Below, piece after piece: positions 12,450 through 25,678 of a stretch of DNA of 64,000 bases. Source of the DNA: Bispira polyomma (Eukaryota). Location: NCBI GenBank assembly GCA_965649765.1, contig OZ287750.1, positions 1,550,001 to 1,614,000 on the forward strand. Reading direction: 5' to 3'. Made by a program: the position numbers and the translations under genes. The notes beneath the pieces are model-generated. The model was not told where the DNA came from, did not search any database, and saw only the letters and a list, made by a program, of their open reading frames with translations. How positions within the stretch are numbered: position 1 is the stretch's first letter; each line of letters opens with the position of its first letter.

Positions 12450-13632
12450 TGGAAATCTATGCAGACTTGAAATGGCCGATCTGGCAAGATGTATTCATCG
12501 GTATACCACAGTTTGTAGATCCTGAATGGAAATAGGCCAGAATCAGAAAATCCTCTAAAAAACCTGCTAAAAACCTCCTTGGCCCATGGCCTGGCCCTCT
12601 ACATAACCTCCTTGGCCCATGGCCTGGCCCTCTACATAACCTTCTTGGTCCATGGCCTGGCCTTCTATATAACCTCCTTGGCCCATGGCCTGGCCCTTCT
12701 TGGCCCATGGCCTGGCCCTCCTTGGCCCATGGCCTGGCCCTCTACATAACCTCCTTGGCTCATGGCCTGGCCCTCTACATAACCTCCTTGGCCCATGGCC
12801 TGGCCCTTTTTGGCCCATGGCCTGGCCTCCTATATAACCTCTTTGGCCTGGCCCTCTACATAATCCCCTTGTTCCATGGCCTGGCCCTCCTTGGCCCATG
12901 GCCTGGCCCTCTACATAACCTCCTTGGCCCATGGCCTGGCCCTCCTTATCCCATGGCCTGGCCCTCTACATAGCCTCCTTGGTCCATAGCCTAGCCCTCC
13001 TTGGCCCATGGCCTGGCCCTCTGCATAGCCTCCTTGGTCCATGGCCTAGCCCTTTACATAACCTTCTTGGCCCATGGCCTAGCCCTTCACAAAGATTCGC
13101 TAAAATCAGATGACGTCAAGAAATGACTAGACTCTGTGATGTAAAAGGTGTCTACAAACAAATCTCAGAGGTAACTGGCACCTGTGCTGTCATTTATGGT
13201 AAGAATACTGTAAATGTCCCAAAATGACTTTTGTTCTATTACTGTGGTGGAGTCTGTGATATTGAACTTTTCCCATGTTGCGATCATGACAGGTATTTGA
13301 ATTTTCATTTCATTGAACTTTTTCCTGCTCTTCTTTTGTTTTCATTGAAAACCTCCATTATCTCCAAAATGGTGCGACACAGAGCGCTTTCGACCTTTCG
13401 AATCTTGATTTGGCGGCCAAATAAGATGTGCAGCTTCTTTTTAAAGTGCCACAACTTGTTCTATTTCCATACAAGTACTGTCTATCATTGACTAACACGG
13501 TCATCTAGTGATGTGGCCCCTATGGGCTACTCTATTCTGTTTTTTGTTGAATAAATCTGTTAACAAACTAACTAACCAATCAACAAACCAACAGACATGG
13601 CTGAAAACAGAACCTCCTTGGTGGACACAATA
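12450..13632 (-). mobile_element. HINE-like element (same family as 35685-36280) with an internal minisatellite and a nested insertion at ~13125-13540
   Basis: Ends with (aac/aaca)n followed by gaaaacagaacctccttggtgga; contains ttggcccatggcctagcccttcacaaag matching 36125-36165. Left boundary uncertain. Confidence 0.6.
12573..13087. repeat. GC-rich 33-bp minisatellite with 22-bp short variants
   Basis: Unit ccttggcccatggcctggccctctacataacct; explains the 11-aa repeat ORFs. Confidence 0.95.
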
Positions 13633-14492
13633 AATCTGTACCCAACTGAACTTCACCTATTATAAATGGAGAGTTAATATGACCTAAAAAGGCTGTTTCT
13701 ACCTTGAGAGGGGAAAATAAAATTCTTATTGTGAATTTAACCTTTTTTTAGTAAAACACAAAAAAAGATCAGCAGTAAATTAATTTATCATATAAAGAAA
13801 AAATTCCAGAGGAAATTACATAAAAATTTACAAAATGAGTGAAAATATTTCAAATAAGAACATAAAACCTCTTTGCTTAAAACAGTTGTAATGAAATGTG
13901 GGATGTTAATTAGTAAAAATATTAAACACACTGTGTTAAATTTCCTTTGATTTGCAAAAATCTGTTAATATACGAGGTAAAAACCAGTATGAAAATGTAG
14001 CAAAACATGCTGGTTTATTACATTCCTGGGAAAAAAGGGTCATTTCGCAGTTGTATTGGGTGGCTTTTATTTAATTAATGCAGGATAATTATTCATCCAT
14101 CATCAGAGGGAGGAAATTTTCTTCCTCCCATCCCTGGGGAGATGACAGAATGTTTGACCATGATCAACAATAGTCACAAATACATGGAGATGCTGGCCTT
14201 ATTGATTCTCTCTAGAAATGGCTACTACAAAACAACCACTGTCCACTTCCCCCTCCATTCAACTCATCAAATGGACATGTTCAAAAATATAATGATCTTT
14301 TCTGTAAAATAGCCACAGAAAAACCCTAGTGGCCTAGTTTTTTTAGATGATGTTGTAGGAGAGTTCAATTGATGAGGTTTAAAAACTGAATATCACTTGT
14401 AAAAATGGAAAAGTTGTCAAACATTTTGAAAGTAATTGTACCAGTTGTTTATTTTGAGTTTTCAAGAGATTAAAGGCCTTTGGTGTTTGAAC

Positions 14493-14604
14493 TTATTGAT
14501 TTATCTATAGTCAGGTTGGTGTATACCTTGTGTTGATCATTTGTAGTTATTGATTTCCCTATAGTGAGGTTGGTGTATACCTTGTGTTGATCATTTGTAG
14601 TTAT
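14493..14604. repeat. 54-bp tandem duplication
   Basis: ttattgattt..ctatagt.aggttggtgtataccttgtgttgatcatttgtag occurs twice. Confidence 0.9.
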
Positions 14605-17600
14605 GGTTATAGGACTGTATCTTAAGCATTAGAAATCCATAATACAATACAATTCAATGAACTGTATCTTAATGGCAATATGTAGGCAATGTCTTACATT
14701 GACCCTCCATTTGACCTTTGGGAGTTTTGACCTTGATGTTTAAAATCTGTGCCCTACATGTCAAAGCCCAGTTGTAAGAGGGAGAGCAGATTTGGTACTA
14801 CGATAGTACCCATATTATCCAAACTTCTATTACCCGACCTTTTATTTGATTTCATGTCCATTGTTTTGTACTAGAATGCCTTCTAGTTTTTGATGATGGC
14901 TGCATGTGAGTGATCTTTGTGATAGTTTAACGTATGGCCTAACAAATAGATGTAATTTTTAAAAGCTTTAAGAAGGTCATCTCCTTCACCAATCCTGTAT
15001 CAGATAAGTCCTACATGATTCAAAGAATCATTGCAGCATGTTGGGTTTGTGTCAAGTCTTGTATAACTTCAGTTTACCTGAACTGCTTCCTATCCTTGTC
15101 TATAATCAGTATTAGTTGAATAATCTGGATATGTATTAGATTGGTGTGAATGTCAAGGAAGTACATTACTGGGTCATAAATAGTCCTAGGGCAGGTATTT
15201 TAGAATTTGGACCGGACATTTGTTTAGATATAGAACAAATGGTTTCGATAAATGATATTTTATAAGACATTAGAAAAAATGCTGCTCAAATCCTTGCAGA
15301 TGATGTATACTGAAGCATTTGTTTTGACGAATGGACAGAATTTGGGTGAATTTTGTTGAGCAAGCTATTTACGTGTAATATGGTATTTGAATAAATAACA
15401 AAAAAGTATTTTGGTATCAAAAATGATAATGTGGCTTTGCATTAGGTTATTTCAAAGGAATATTGCAGTAAAAAATGTGAATTGGTGAAAAAATACTGTT
15501 TTTCAAACTTATGCATATTTTCTCATTAAACCACGTTAACGACTTTTGATAATTTGTAAGGATTTCTTTCGTGTTATCAGCCAGTAAAAAGACGTTTCCC
15601 CTCTTAGTCGTTTCAAGAGCGGTGACATTAACTCGCCATGGTAACAGTGCAATGCAATTAAAATGCCGCTGATAACTTGATTTCTTATCAGTTACTCTGA
15701 CTGCTACAATTATGGTGAGATTTTTGTGTGTTTTTATTTTCGAAGTCCCCAATTTGAAGCACTTCTCTTTACACTGTGGAATATAAATAACATACTTTCT
15801 AATCAGCTTCTTGACAGCCCCTGGCTGGAGCTGCAGAAATGGCATTTTCCATATTTGGTCGTCATTGAAATTGGATTTTGTTTTGACAATTTTATTGAGG
15901 GGGGGGGGGGGGGGTCATTTAAGTCTCTGTGTTGCCGCTGCATGGAAATTTCCAATATTATGATCCGCGGTGAAAATTTGATTATCGCATAGGGTCAGTC
16001 TTTTATGACTCTCAAATCCTGAGTGGCACCAGAAATGTTGAAGAATTTCTAATGGGCAGATCAATAGTTGGGGGGAGGGGGAGGAGGAACTAGTTCTCCG
16101 TCCCTCCCCTCTCTCTCTCTCTCTCCTCCCCCCAAAAACATTAAAAGCATTAATGCAATTTTATGGCCACTGGATTTTGATGATGTACACGCTGACATTT
16201 TAGTAAATCCTGAAAATATGCTCAGCTACTTTTATGCGCACACAAGTGGATGTTTTTTAGTGTCTGGTGCAAAAAAAAAAAAAAACCCTGAGTAAACGAG
16301 GGAGAGAGATGGAAGAGGAAAAGAGTTGAGGTTTGATTTTTTTTTGTTTAATGACATTTACTTACCTAACACGAGCTGGTACCCCCTTACTCTAAAACTT
16401 GTTTATTTGTTTTATTATTTACACTTTCCAGAGGTAACTGTAATCATCATATCCTATTATTACTGTGCCAGAGAAAGAAGAATAAAAAATAGCCAGAAAA
16501 AAAATCTGGAATTTTCCCTTGATTCTTTGTGGTGTAAACAATATTTATATTCTGTTATTACATATATTTACATTATAAATATATAATTTGGTATGTTATG
16601 AGTTGGTGTGAAAAAACAACCAATTTGGAAATGTTATTTTCTGCAAATGCAGAACCTGTATTGTGTAAATGTTTAAAAGTATAAACATGTTATCTCGTGT
16701 GACTTTTTTACCTGTCTTTTAAAATTGATCTTATTTTATAGTTAGCCTCATTTTTGTGGCAAATTCTATTTTAGAAAACATTCTACTGTCTGATTAAAAT
16801 CTTTCTCCCCCAATAAGTTCACATTATAGAAATCCTACTGTTCTAGTGATTTATCAACATATTATTTATGTGTTAAAAATACCTGGTAAAATAGTCATCT
16901 TTATTTTAATAACAAATCCTTAAGTGCTGAATGAAATGTCATTATTTCATTGTTTTTGGTTGTTGTTCAGAATTTCAGTGGAAATTCACACTTTTCACTG
17001 TTGAAGTGTCTTGAAGGTGATTATTAGTTAAATTTATCATTTCAATTGGGATTTAATTATTATTATTCAGGTTCATTAAAATTAAAGTAGCTTACACTGA
17101 TTTAATGGTAAAAAAAACAAACAACCACCCAAACCAACTTGTGCCGTCTTTGAAGTTTTAATACATTTTGTCTATTTTTAGTTCTGCCAACAATAATGTA
17201 AGTTTGGATCAATTTGGGTGTTTTAGACTCAAACATATTTTAATGACAGACTTTTTAATGTGTTTTAAGTAAAAAAAGTTCAGAAAAAAATTGCATTCTG
17301 AAATTAAAGCTGCATGAGGTAATGTGAGGTGGTAATTCTGTTTAAAAGCTGTCACTATTGCAGTATTAGTGACATTGTAATTTACTGTCCATCTGCCACA
17401 TATGTTAATTGTTTGGTGCCAAATCTGGCAGTGCGACCATATACATTTGTGGTATTCTAATGTGATCCTGTCAGCTTCAGATTTTAAAATTGTGACATGA
17501 TATAATATACATAGCACTAGCTAGATCTGCATTTTAATGATGGTCAATACCATGATAATCAAATGTTGAGTCAGCTAGCCTCACTTATTTCATTTATTTA

Positions 17601-20469
17601 TTTATTCTATTATTTTTGCACTAATGTACAATTCAGAAAATACAAAGAAACAAAAACATAGAACATTCAGAAATCAAATATTTACAAATTATGGAGGAAC
17701 ACAGACCTTTGTGTACAGACACAGACACCCAGAGTTCAGCTGTATTGGTCAAAAAGTAGTTTTCAAAGTGTTACGAGTATTTTTATGTGTAGATATTATT
17801 ATATACAGTATTTTACTGCTCTAATCCTATTCTTTTATAGAGTAACATAGGCCAGAATATAAACCAGCACACATACACACAAATATTACACATAAAACAA
17901 GAGCTCATATTCAAAACTTTTACAACATCCATCAAACAAATAGGCACCTAGCGCCGCTGTATAGTAATGACATATAATATGTGCTTTAGGATTTATTTAT
18001 CAATTAATATAGGGCTATGTAGATAGTAGTAAATAATTTCCAGCAGATGAGTCAGCTTTTGCTAGAGAAGTAGGGGGAGGCCAACAAGCCGATGTGTGTG
18101 CAGTGTGCTTATGCCATTTTGAAAGCCTTCTTCACTACTGGAATACCATTCAAATTTTATCTAGATAGCCCATTGCTTGATGTATGGTTATACTTCTTTA
18201 CATACATCCCCCCCCCCCCCATAACAGTCTATTCTCTTGAGCTCCCTGTTTTTCAAGCCTCAAGATGTTGCAATATAATGTAGAACTATCAAATTGACTG
18301 TATTTCAGCAGAGCTGGGTTGTTTTTTTCTTACTGAATAACTCAAAGTTTTACCACTTTACTGGGTGTAAATTATTATTACAGCTTGCATAACCCCCCTT
18401 TCCCCACCCCCGCTGGGTTTTTATATCTCTTCCTCACTTTTTTACATTTGTGATTTTTTTTATATTTTTTTATCTTTCTAGTTGCGGTAAATTTCCTGCT
18501 GAGCATAAACTGAAATTGAAATCATAAAAAAAGATTCTAAAATCATTAGACCTTTTTTGACCCTCTTTATTTTTTTTTGTTTTTCTTTGGTTTGTCATCC
18601 CCCTCCAGATAAACGTTGTCCAAATCCATTAAAAGGAATGAGACAGCATCTTATTGACCCTTCTCCCTCCCTAATGAACGGCACAACATTATATTGTACT
18701 TTATTTTACAGTCATTCTTATGATAATACACCTCAAACTCTCGGAGGTTTTTTTCTTACAGCGTAAAAGAAAATGAATTTTTATTGTGAAAACTGGAGGT
18801 TTGCTGACATTTTAGTGGGCTGAGAATAAAGTAGATTGTAGTCTATGAGCAGACGTGTCGGTTTTTGCAGTGGCTAGCTCACTAAACTCGGATACTAAGA
18901 GAGGGAAGGGGGGGGGGGGGGGTTGGGGGGGGGGGAGCAATTTTACCCCTGCATAAATCTTGGTCCTTTTTTTCTGTAATCTTGATGACAAATATTAAAT
19001 CAATGAGATGTAAAGATGTCCTTGAAAAAGGAAATAGCTTATGGTTTGCTTCTTACTGGTGTTATTTTTTTTGTTTTTCGGCTTTCTCTTATTTTTTACT
19101 GCAGGAAAAGGTTGTCTGGTGGCAAAGTTTGTTGAATACTATCTGAATTAAGTTCTGTCAAAACAGCTTCTTTAGGCCCACATAAAAAAAATAAAAAGCA
19201 AGATGTAATAATAATATGGATGAAATCTGTTTTTGTCTGAACAAGATAAAAACGTTTGTTAATTCAAATAACATGATGTTTATCCCATCTGATTATATAT
19301 ATATAAATTTGTGGAAGAAGATGTATACACATACATATTATACGGTAAGTATTCTAACATTTTCCCATAAATTTTTTTAGTGAAATCCTTTAATTAGATT
19401 TGTTTTATCTTTTTATTAGTTAATTTCAAGTCTGCTACAAACAGCAGAACTTGTTAAATGACAGTGAAATGCTATGTCCGTCAGCCAGCAGTCAACAGTA
19501 TAAAATATTTTTGTTTTGCTCCCTCCGCACCCAGGAATAAAATAGATGTGCTACACTCATTTTAACGTAAAGACAATATTTTTTTCATTTGTGATGTAAT
19601 CAGTTGTTGCAAAAACGTCATTTGTGATGTCATGAAAGTTCTAGGTGTGTCCCTCTGTAAAGTGGAGTTACTCTCCACATCACTGGCCAGGGATAAAGCC
19701 TGGGCCCCACTTCGGCGATTTCGAAATGAGATTATGATACGATGCTACAGACATGTGGGATCACTGGTGATCACCTTGTGATCGAGTTTATAACGAGTAA
19801 AAAAAGCCACAGTCCCTATATGTCAGGGTTAGTTTGGTGATCAGATGGTCTCTGGTACGACCCTTGCTTAATATGCTGCCAGGTTAATTGATAGGATATA
19901 AGATCTTCGGGCAAGAAGTGAACACGCCATAGTGTATTGATGACGACTCAGCCAATAGTCAATCTAGCCTATGGATGCCCTTCTGGCCATGACCCATTTC
20001 TGTCCTCTGACTAACTAGTTCGACAACCAGTACCTTAGAGGATACTATATCAACTTGGTGCTGTATAAATTCTTCTGTAGTAATAATACTGTAAACAATA
20101 CAGGTTGTGTGTTTTCTTCTAGTCCCTCTCTCTCAAAAGTCTCCGGTTTATACATGTATTTACAAATGAGATCTACTCCGCTCCATCAACTAGAGTTTGT
20201 AGTAGTAGCCAAACACAAACAACAAACAAGTTTGTTCGAGAATTATGGTCTTTATACATTCAGCAACATGAAAATATCAATATAAATGTAAATTAAATAA
20301 TTGAAACTGTCTCACAAGCCACCTAATTACATTTATCAGTTGAAAGTGGAGGGCAGCATGAGCAATAAGCCTGCGATGTCCAGAAAGGTTTTACCCATTG
20401 GGGTGGGAGGGAGAGGGGGGACCTAAGAGGTTGACATTGGGTGTGTGTGATACAGTCACTCCTCTTATA

Positions 20470-21852
20470 CCCTGGTCCCACCGGCCATCACGTCAGGAGT
20501 CGTTAGAAAATTAATTTTGCGTAGGGTTTGCATGGAGTATGCAGGAGTTAACGTAATATACATAAACATACATAACCTAGCGTGAGAGATGAGATGCAAG
20601 AAAGTTATAATTTTAAACGGTTTGAAATTTAGACACGCAAGCGATGCAAAAGTATGACGTACTGAAACGTGAATTTTTTCATGAGCATTACAACAATTCA
20701 CGTGAGTCAACGTGGATATGCGTCACAGTGTGTAAATGTGCGTCATTATGATGCAATACGTGCAAGTTGAAGGTAGCACATGTACATAAACGTGTATTGA
20801 CATAATTTTGCTACAGATTAAGTAGAATTATGTAGATATAACGTAATAAATGACGTGGTTTAGTGTAATTTAATGTACTTCAACGTAAAAAATGACGTCC
20901 TTTTACGTGTATTGGTGTACTTATACGTGCCATACGAGGGATAAATTAGTACTTTGACATGCACTTAAGCATCCCCTGCGAGACCTTACAGGTTTTGACG
21001 TACAAATACGTCAATTATGACGTCTGCTGACGCCTTTTACATGAAGTAAAGCAATATATTTGAGTTTTGCGTCAACTTTTGCAGCATCTATTTACACGGC
21101 TCTTGCATGACTTACATAAACTAACGTAAATCCAGTGAGACCAGGGGCGGTATTCACAAAGATGGATCAAGCTGAGCGAAAAATCAGCTCAAGATCAGCC
21201 CAGGATCAAGATCAGCTCAAAAAAAGGCTCAGCTGATCTTTGGATCAAATCAGTATTCACAAAGCAAAGATCAGCTGAGCCAAAAATTAGATCATTTTTT
21301 AACAACAAAAACACAAGTTCAAGTTTTTATATTAAACAGCTGTTATATGAATTAATTTCCATTTAAATTATATTTTGATGCATTAGGTTGATTATTGTAA
21401 GCAAAAGAATATTTTAAATATTTTTGGTTTAAATCCAAAACTTAAGCTCCGCCCACTTTTGATCCTGGGAAAAATACACAAAACATAGCCTCTTTTCACA
21501 ACAATTTAAACCAACATAGAACTGTACATAGCTACTCTTAAAATGACATATGTGAAGATAAAGTATCATAGATAAAGTATTAATGATTTATTTTATGAAA
21601 CCATTGTTAGTTTGTATATTACAAAGTTCCAAACTTTGATCCAAAACTTGATCCACCTAAATGGATGGATCAAAGTTAAGCCAAAAGATGAGCGAAAAAT
21701 CAGCTCAACTTTTTAGTGAATACCAAACTTGATCTGATCCAAAAATTTGAGCTGATTTTTGGCTCAGCTAATTTTTGGCTCAACTTGAGCTGATTTTTGG
21801 CTCAACTTGAGCTGATTTTTCGTTGATCCCTTTTGTGAATACGGACCCAGGG
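20470..21852. mobile_element. CMC/EnSpm-like MITE (~680 bp) whose right TIR is interrupted by a Harbinger-like MITE
   Basis: Left TIR ccctggtcccaccgg; right ccagtgagaccag|gg (reverse complement ccctggtctcactgg). Interior unusually rich in ACGT motifs and CpG. No matching TSD found. Confidence 0.65.
21145..21847. mobile_element. PIF/Harbinger-like MITE, 703 bp, CAG TSD
   Basis: TIRs gggcggtattcacaaa / tttgtgaatacggacc; CAG at 21142-21144 and 21848-21850; subterminal inverted aaaatcagctcaa / ttgagctgatttt repeats. Confidence 0.85.
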
Positions 21853-21894
21853 CTTTACCCGTCAAACTTCTCTTATACAGCTGGGGGTGGGGTG

Positions 21895-21993
21895 GGGGGG
21901 ACTTTAAGGATTTTAAAGGGGGGGGGGGGACTTTAAGGATTTTAGGTGTGTGTGTCGGAGGAGGGGAGGGGGGGGGGGTACTTTAAGGATTTT
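21895..21993. repeat. Three copies of polyG-actttaaggatttta
   Basis: Direct reading. Confidence 0.85.
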
Positions 21994-22843
21994 ATGTAGA
22001 CTAGATATATATGTGTTTAAACAAAAGTGACATTGTTTGTCAATGTGAGGTATACACTGACTGTTTACAGATGTACAAGTATTGTTATGTCATTTAAAAT
22101 TCAGTTTTTGCATGATTAAAAATGTAAAAGTGATAATTGTGCATATAACTGTAACTGTTACTATTTATCAGTCTCACATTCCTGCACTTTGTCTGTCTTT
22201 TTACCATATTGAGATTTTATAGTGTCAAGGGGGTCAAGTTTTGACATGTAAATGCAGTTTTACTGTGTGAACAAGCATACATATGTTTTTTGATAGTGAA
22301 CAACTGTTGTCCTATGAAATACCAAACAGGCTTGAAACAGCTTAAACTATCTGGTGACATCTTGTGCATTTTTACAGTGAGAAGGTTCAGTTTTGGCTGT
22401 ACAAATCTTTAGTTGTTATTAACAGAAACACAGGATTTCAGCCTTGTGTACAAAGTCATACCGCTGTGAGTAAGGGTTGCATGTGATGTTATCATGAAAG
22501 TGGCTCCTGTTTAAAACTCTAGCTATGGAGCTGATTAATTATGTGTGGTCCTGATACACGAACAGCTGAGCATTCTCCCCTTATTAGCCTTGGTGAAAAA
22601 CCATTGTACGAGTCCATGTCTGCATGTACAGTAGTTTTCTGTGTGTAAGTGAAAAAACACATTGTTTTTTGTTCTGAAACCCTTATGTGCCAACCATTGC
22701 CTGGTGATATCACAAATACACCATGTTTAATGCAAGTATTACGATTTATATACAATGTTAAAAGGAAATTAAATTCAAAAAGGCCTTAAAACATTATATA
22801 TATATCAAACTAGATTAGGAACTGAAACCTATCAAAGTGCCAT

Positions 22844-22888
22844 TGGCTGTCGCCTGATCGCCTCATAAAATTGCCTGCATGGAAACAT
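22844..22888. mobile_element. Solo end of the Harbinger-like MITE family seen at 58474-58915
   Basis: gtcgcctgatcgcctcataaaattgcctgcatggaaac matches 58872-58909. Confidence 0.75.
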
Positions 22889-23326
22889 CCTCAAAGGACT
22901 TTAAAGAAACTGTAAAATCTGTTAAACTAGAAGGATCAGAACTTAAGAGTACATATGTGTCTGCCAAGATACCACAGTGTGCTAAAAAGACGTCAATACA
23001 AAGTCTTGGCGCCATTCTAGCTGGATCTGCTGAGTCCAGTTAATGGATGCTTCCTTTCATCACTTAAAAAGGAAGTTGACTTTCAGAGTTCTACCAAAAA
23101 GGGATTCCATTTGAATCAAATTTTAACCCACTATTACAAAAGGTAATAGTTAATTATATTAATCATCTTTTAATGTCTGTATACTAAATAATCTTATAAG
23201 ATAATAACAGCCTGGGTGATAGTGAATGATTTTAGTTCGTAAAAGTTAAAGAAAACCAGATATATATGTATATGATGAGTTCTGTGTTAGCTTTGTTCAA
23301 GTGTTGGCAGAGGTGTACTAAAGTAA

Positions 23327-24114
23327 TAGCCGGTTCACACTTTGGCAGTATGGTAGGCGGTACCAGAAGGTATTGTAACTTCTTTCTACTTTTAAGTCAA
23401 CTCTATCATCTAGGGTGACATATACCCGCTGAAACTTCTCCAGATAAGACAGAAACAGACCATTACTGGCACGGAAGGGTCACAGTAGTGATACGGAAAG
23501 AGCCGGAAATAGTGGGACATGGTCGGAAACAGACTATTACTGGCACGGAGGGGTCACAGTAGTGATACGGAAAGAGCCAGAAATAGTGGGACATGGTCAG
23601 AAACAGACTATTACTGGAACGGAGGGGTTACAGTAGTGATACGGAAAGAGCCAGAAATAGTGGGACATGGTCGGAAACAGACCATTACTGGAACAGAGGG
23701 GTTACAGTAGTGATACGGAAAGAACCGGAAATAGTGGGACATGGTCGGAAACAGACCATTACTGGAACAGAGGGGTTACAGTAGTGATACGGAAAGAGCT
23801 GGAAATAGTGGGACATGGTCGGAAACAGACCATTACTACAACAGAGGGGTCACAGTAGTGATACGGAAAGAGCCAGAAATAGTGGGACATGGTCGGAAGC
23901 AGACCATTGCTAGGACATTTACAGAAGTGCTACGGAATACTCGGAAACATTTTCCCCGCCACCTTGGCGAGGCGGAAGTTTTGACCATACTCATTACACA
24001 ACCGACTGTAGAAGGTTCAGGAAGGAAAATGAAGTCAAGGAAAGTTTTTGATACAAGATGATTTTGAAAACGTCTCTTACCAGCTATCCATACCGTCCTA
24101 GTGTGAACGCCACA
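23327..24114. mobile_element. Harbinger-like MITE, TAA TSD, with an internal 74-bp tandem array
   Basis: Imperfect TIRs around gttcacact...gtatgg; TAA at 23324-23326 and 24115-24117. Confidence 0.65.
23451..23908. repeat. 74-bp minisatellite, ~6 copies
   Basis: Unit gaaacagaccattactggaacagaggggttacagtagtgatacggaaagagccagaaatagtgggacatggtcg; ORF starts are spaced 74 nt apart. Confidence 0.95.
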
Positions 24115-24559
24115 TAAACTGCAAACAGTTTCTGCAGTTATGAGTCATAAAAGTCCTTTGTGGATGGGAGATATATAGAGTGGGTTTTGTGTGCATAAAC
24201 ATGCATTAACTAATAAAGATAGAACTTAATGAAAAAGTAGGACCCACCCATAATTAACCCAGGATGCAAATTTGACTGCCAACAATTTATGTTATTTGGT
24301 ATTATATTGTCTATTATTGATAGATTATATAGAGTTATATTAGACTTTTGATGTTAATCTTTAAAAGCACATTACAAACCATTTGTTTGAATTAGTGGCA
24401 GATTTGAAGCTGTTTACACAAATATGGTGGTTGTACACTTGTTACTCAGTGCTTCCATTTAATGCTCATTGAATCCAATACAAAGACTCCATCCAGGTGC
24501 CGTATTGTTGACTACATAGTAGGATCAAGTACAAATTCATCTGACAAAATAGGTGATGT

Positions 24560-25150
24560 AGAAAGCCTTTGTTTCTGGAAATGACTTTAACCTTACCATT
24601 GCATTAATACAACCTTCAACACTGAATTCGAATGGGTTGAAGGTTTTAATATGTTTGCTATATAGAAAGACATGCTAGAGACTCTAGTAAGCCAGATGTT
24701 TATGAAGTTACTAACTGGATGAGACAAGACTTTCCTAGAACAGATCATAACCTCAAGGCCTTAGGTCATACAGAGGTCAAATTATGGGTATGCTTAATGT
24801 ATTCAAGTCAAGGTCACAATTCCGACTGTCAAGGTCTAGCTAAACTCAGACCATATAGTTCCATACTTTTTAGAGTTTTATTGCCCAATTATGTACCATG
24901 TATAATTTGCCTATAGTACTAGGTTTGTGAGGCATATTCCGACAATCCTTTGAAGTTCAATATGAACCCTCAAGGTCAGTGTCAAGACTGCCCCAAGGAA
25001 TATACATTTATCTTCCAACAATGGAATTATGAACATCTTATAAGTCATGATGACATGTTTTGCCTAGGATAGATAGTCTATAAGATCTTCCTATGAAACT
25101 TAGGTCAAGGCTTACATAAGTGCCCACAGAGCCATTAATCACTGTGTAGT
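24560..25150 (-). mobile_element. Degenerate HINE-like repeat
   Basis: Recurrent caaggtca / aggtcaa motifs, the reverse complement of tgaccttg; no clear ends. Confidence 0.3.
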
Positions 25151-25311
25151 AATGAAAGATAATGTGTATACACCAAAAGTGGTCAAATGGTTTTAGTATA
25201 AAATGTCCCATTTAAAAAATGCTCGCTCTACATTCTAAACTGTATAACAGTAACAGACTAGGAGACTTGAGCAATTGTGTGATCAGGATGTGGTGCCTTC
25301 AGCTGTACCAG

Positions 25312-25418
25312 GGGCCATATTCACGAAGGGACTTAGTCAGGTCTTAGGCTTACATCAGTATACTTTTGTGCTAGATTTAAACCTAACACCTGGCAAAGTC
25401 CTTTCGTGAATACGGGCC
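25312..25418. mobile_element. 107-bp Harbinger-like mini-MITE, CAG TSD
   Basis: TIRs gggccatattcacgaagggact / agtcctttcgtgaatacgggcc; CAG at 25309-25311 and 25419-25421. Confidence 0.85.
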
Positions 25419-25431
25419 CAGGGCATCAAGA

Positions 25432-25678
25432 ATTCTGAATATAAAGACCATCACCTACTGATTCTAAATTCATGTATGAAAAGACCATTATCTACAGTTT
25501 CTGAACTCTGTATATAAAGACCATTAGCTACTGATTCTAAATCCATGTATAAAAGACCATAAAGACCATTAGCTACAGGTTCTGAACCCTGTATATAAAG
25601 ACCATTATCTACAGGTTCTGAACCCTGTATATAAAGACCATCACCTAGTGGTACTAAACCCTGTACATAAAGACCTTA
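25432..25678. repeat. ~36-bp degenerate minisatellite
   Basis: Unit gtatataaagaccattatctacaggttctgaaccct. Confidence 0.85.

Noticed and set aside
12457-13113. Gly/Pro-rich repeat ORFs
   Set aside because: Artefacts of the 33-bp minisatellite.
23519-24061. Four overlapping similar ORFs
   Set aside because: Frame-shifting translations of the 74-bp array.
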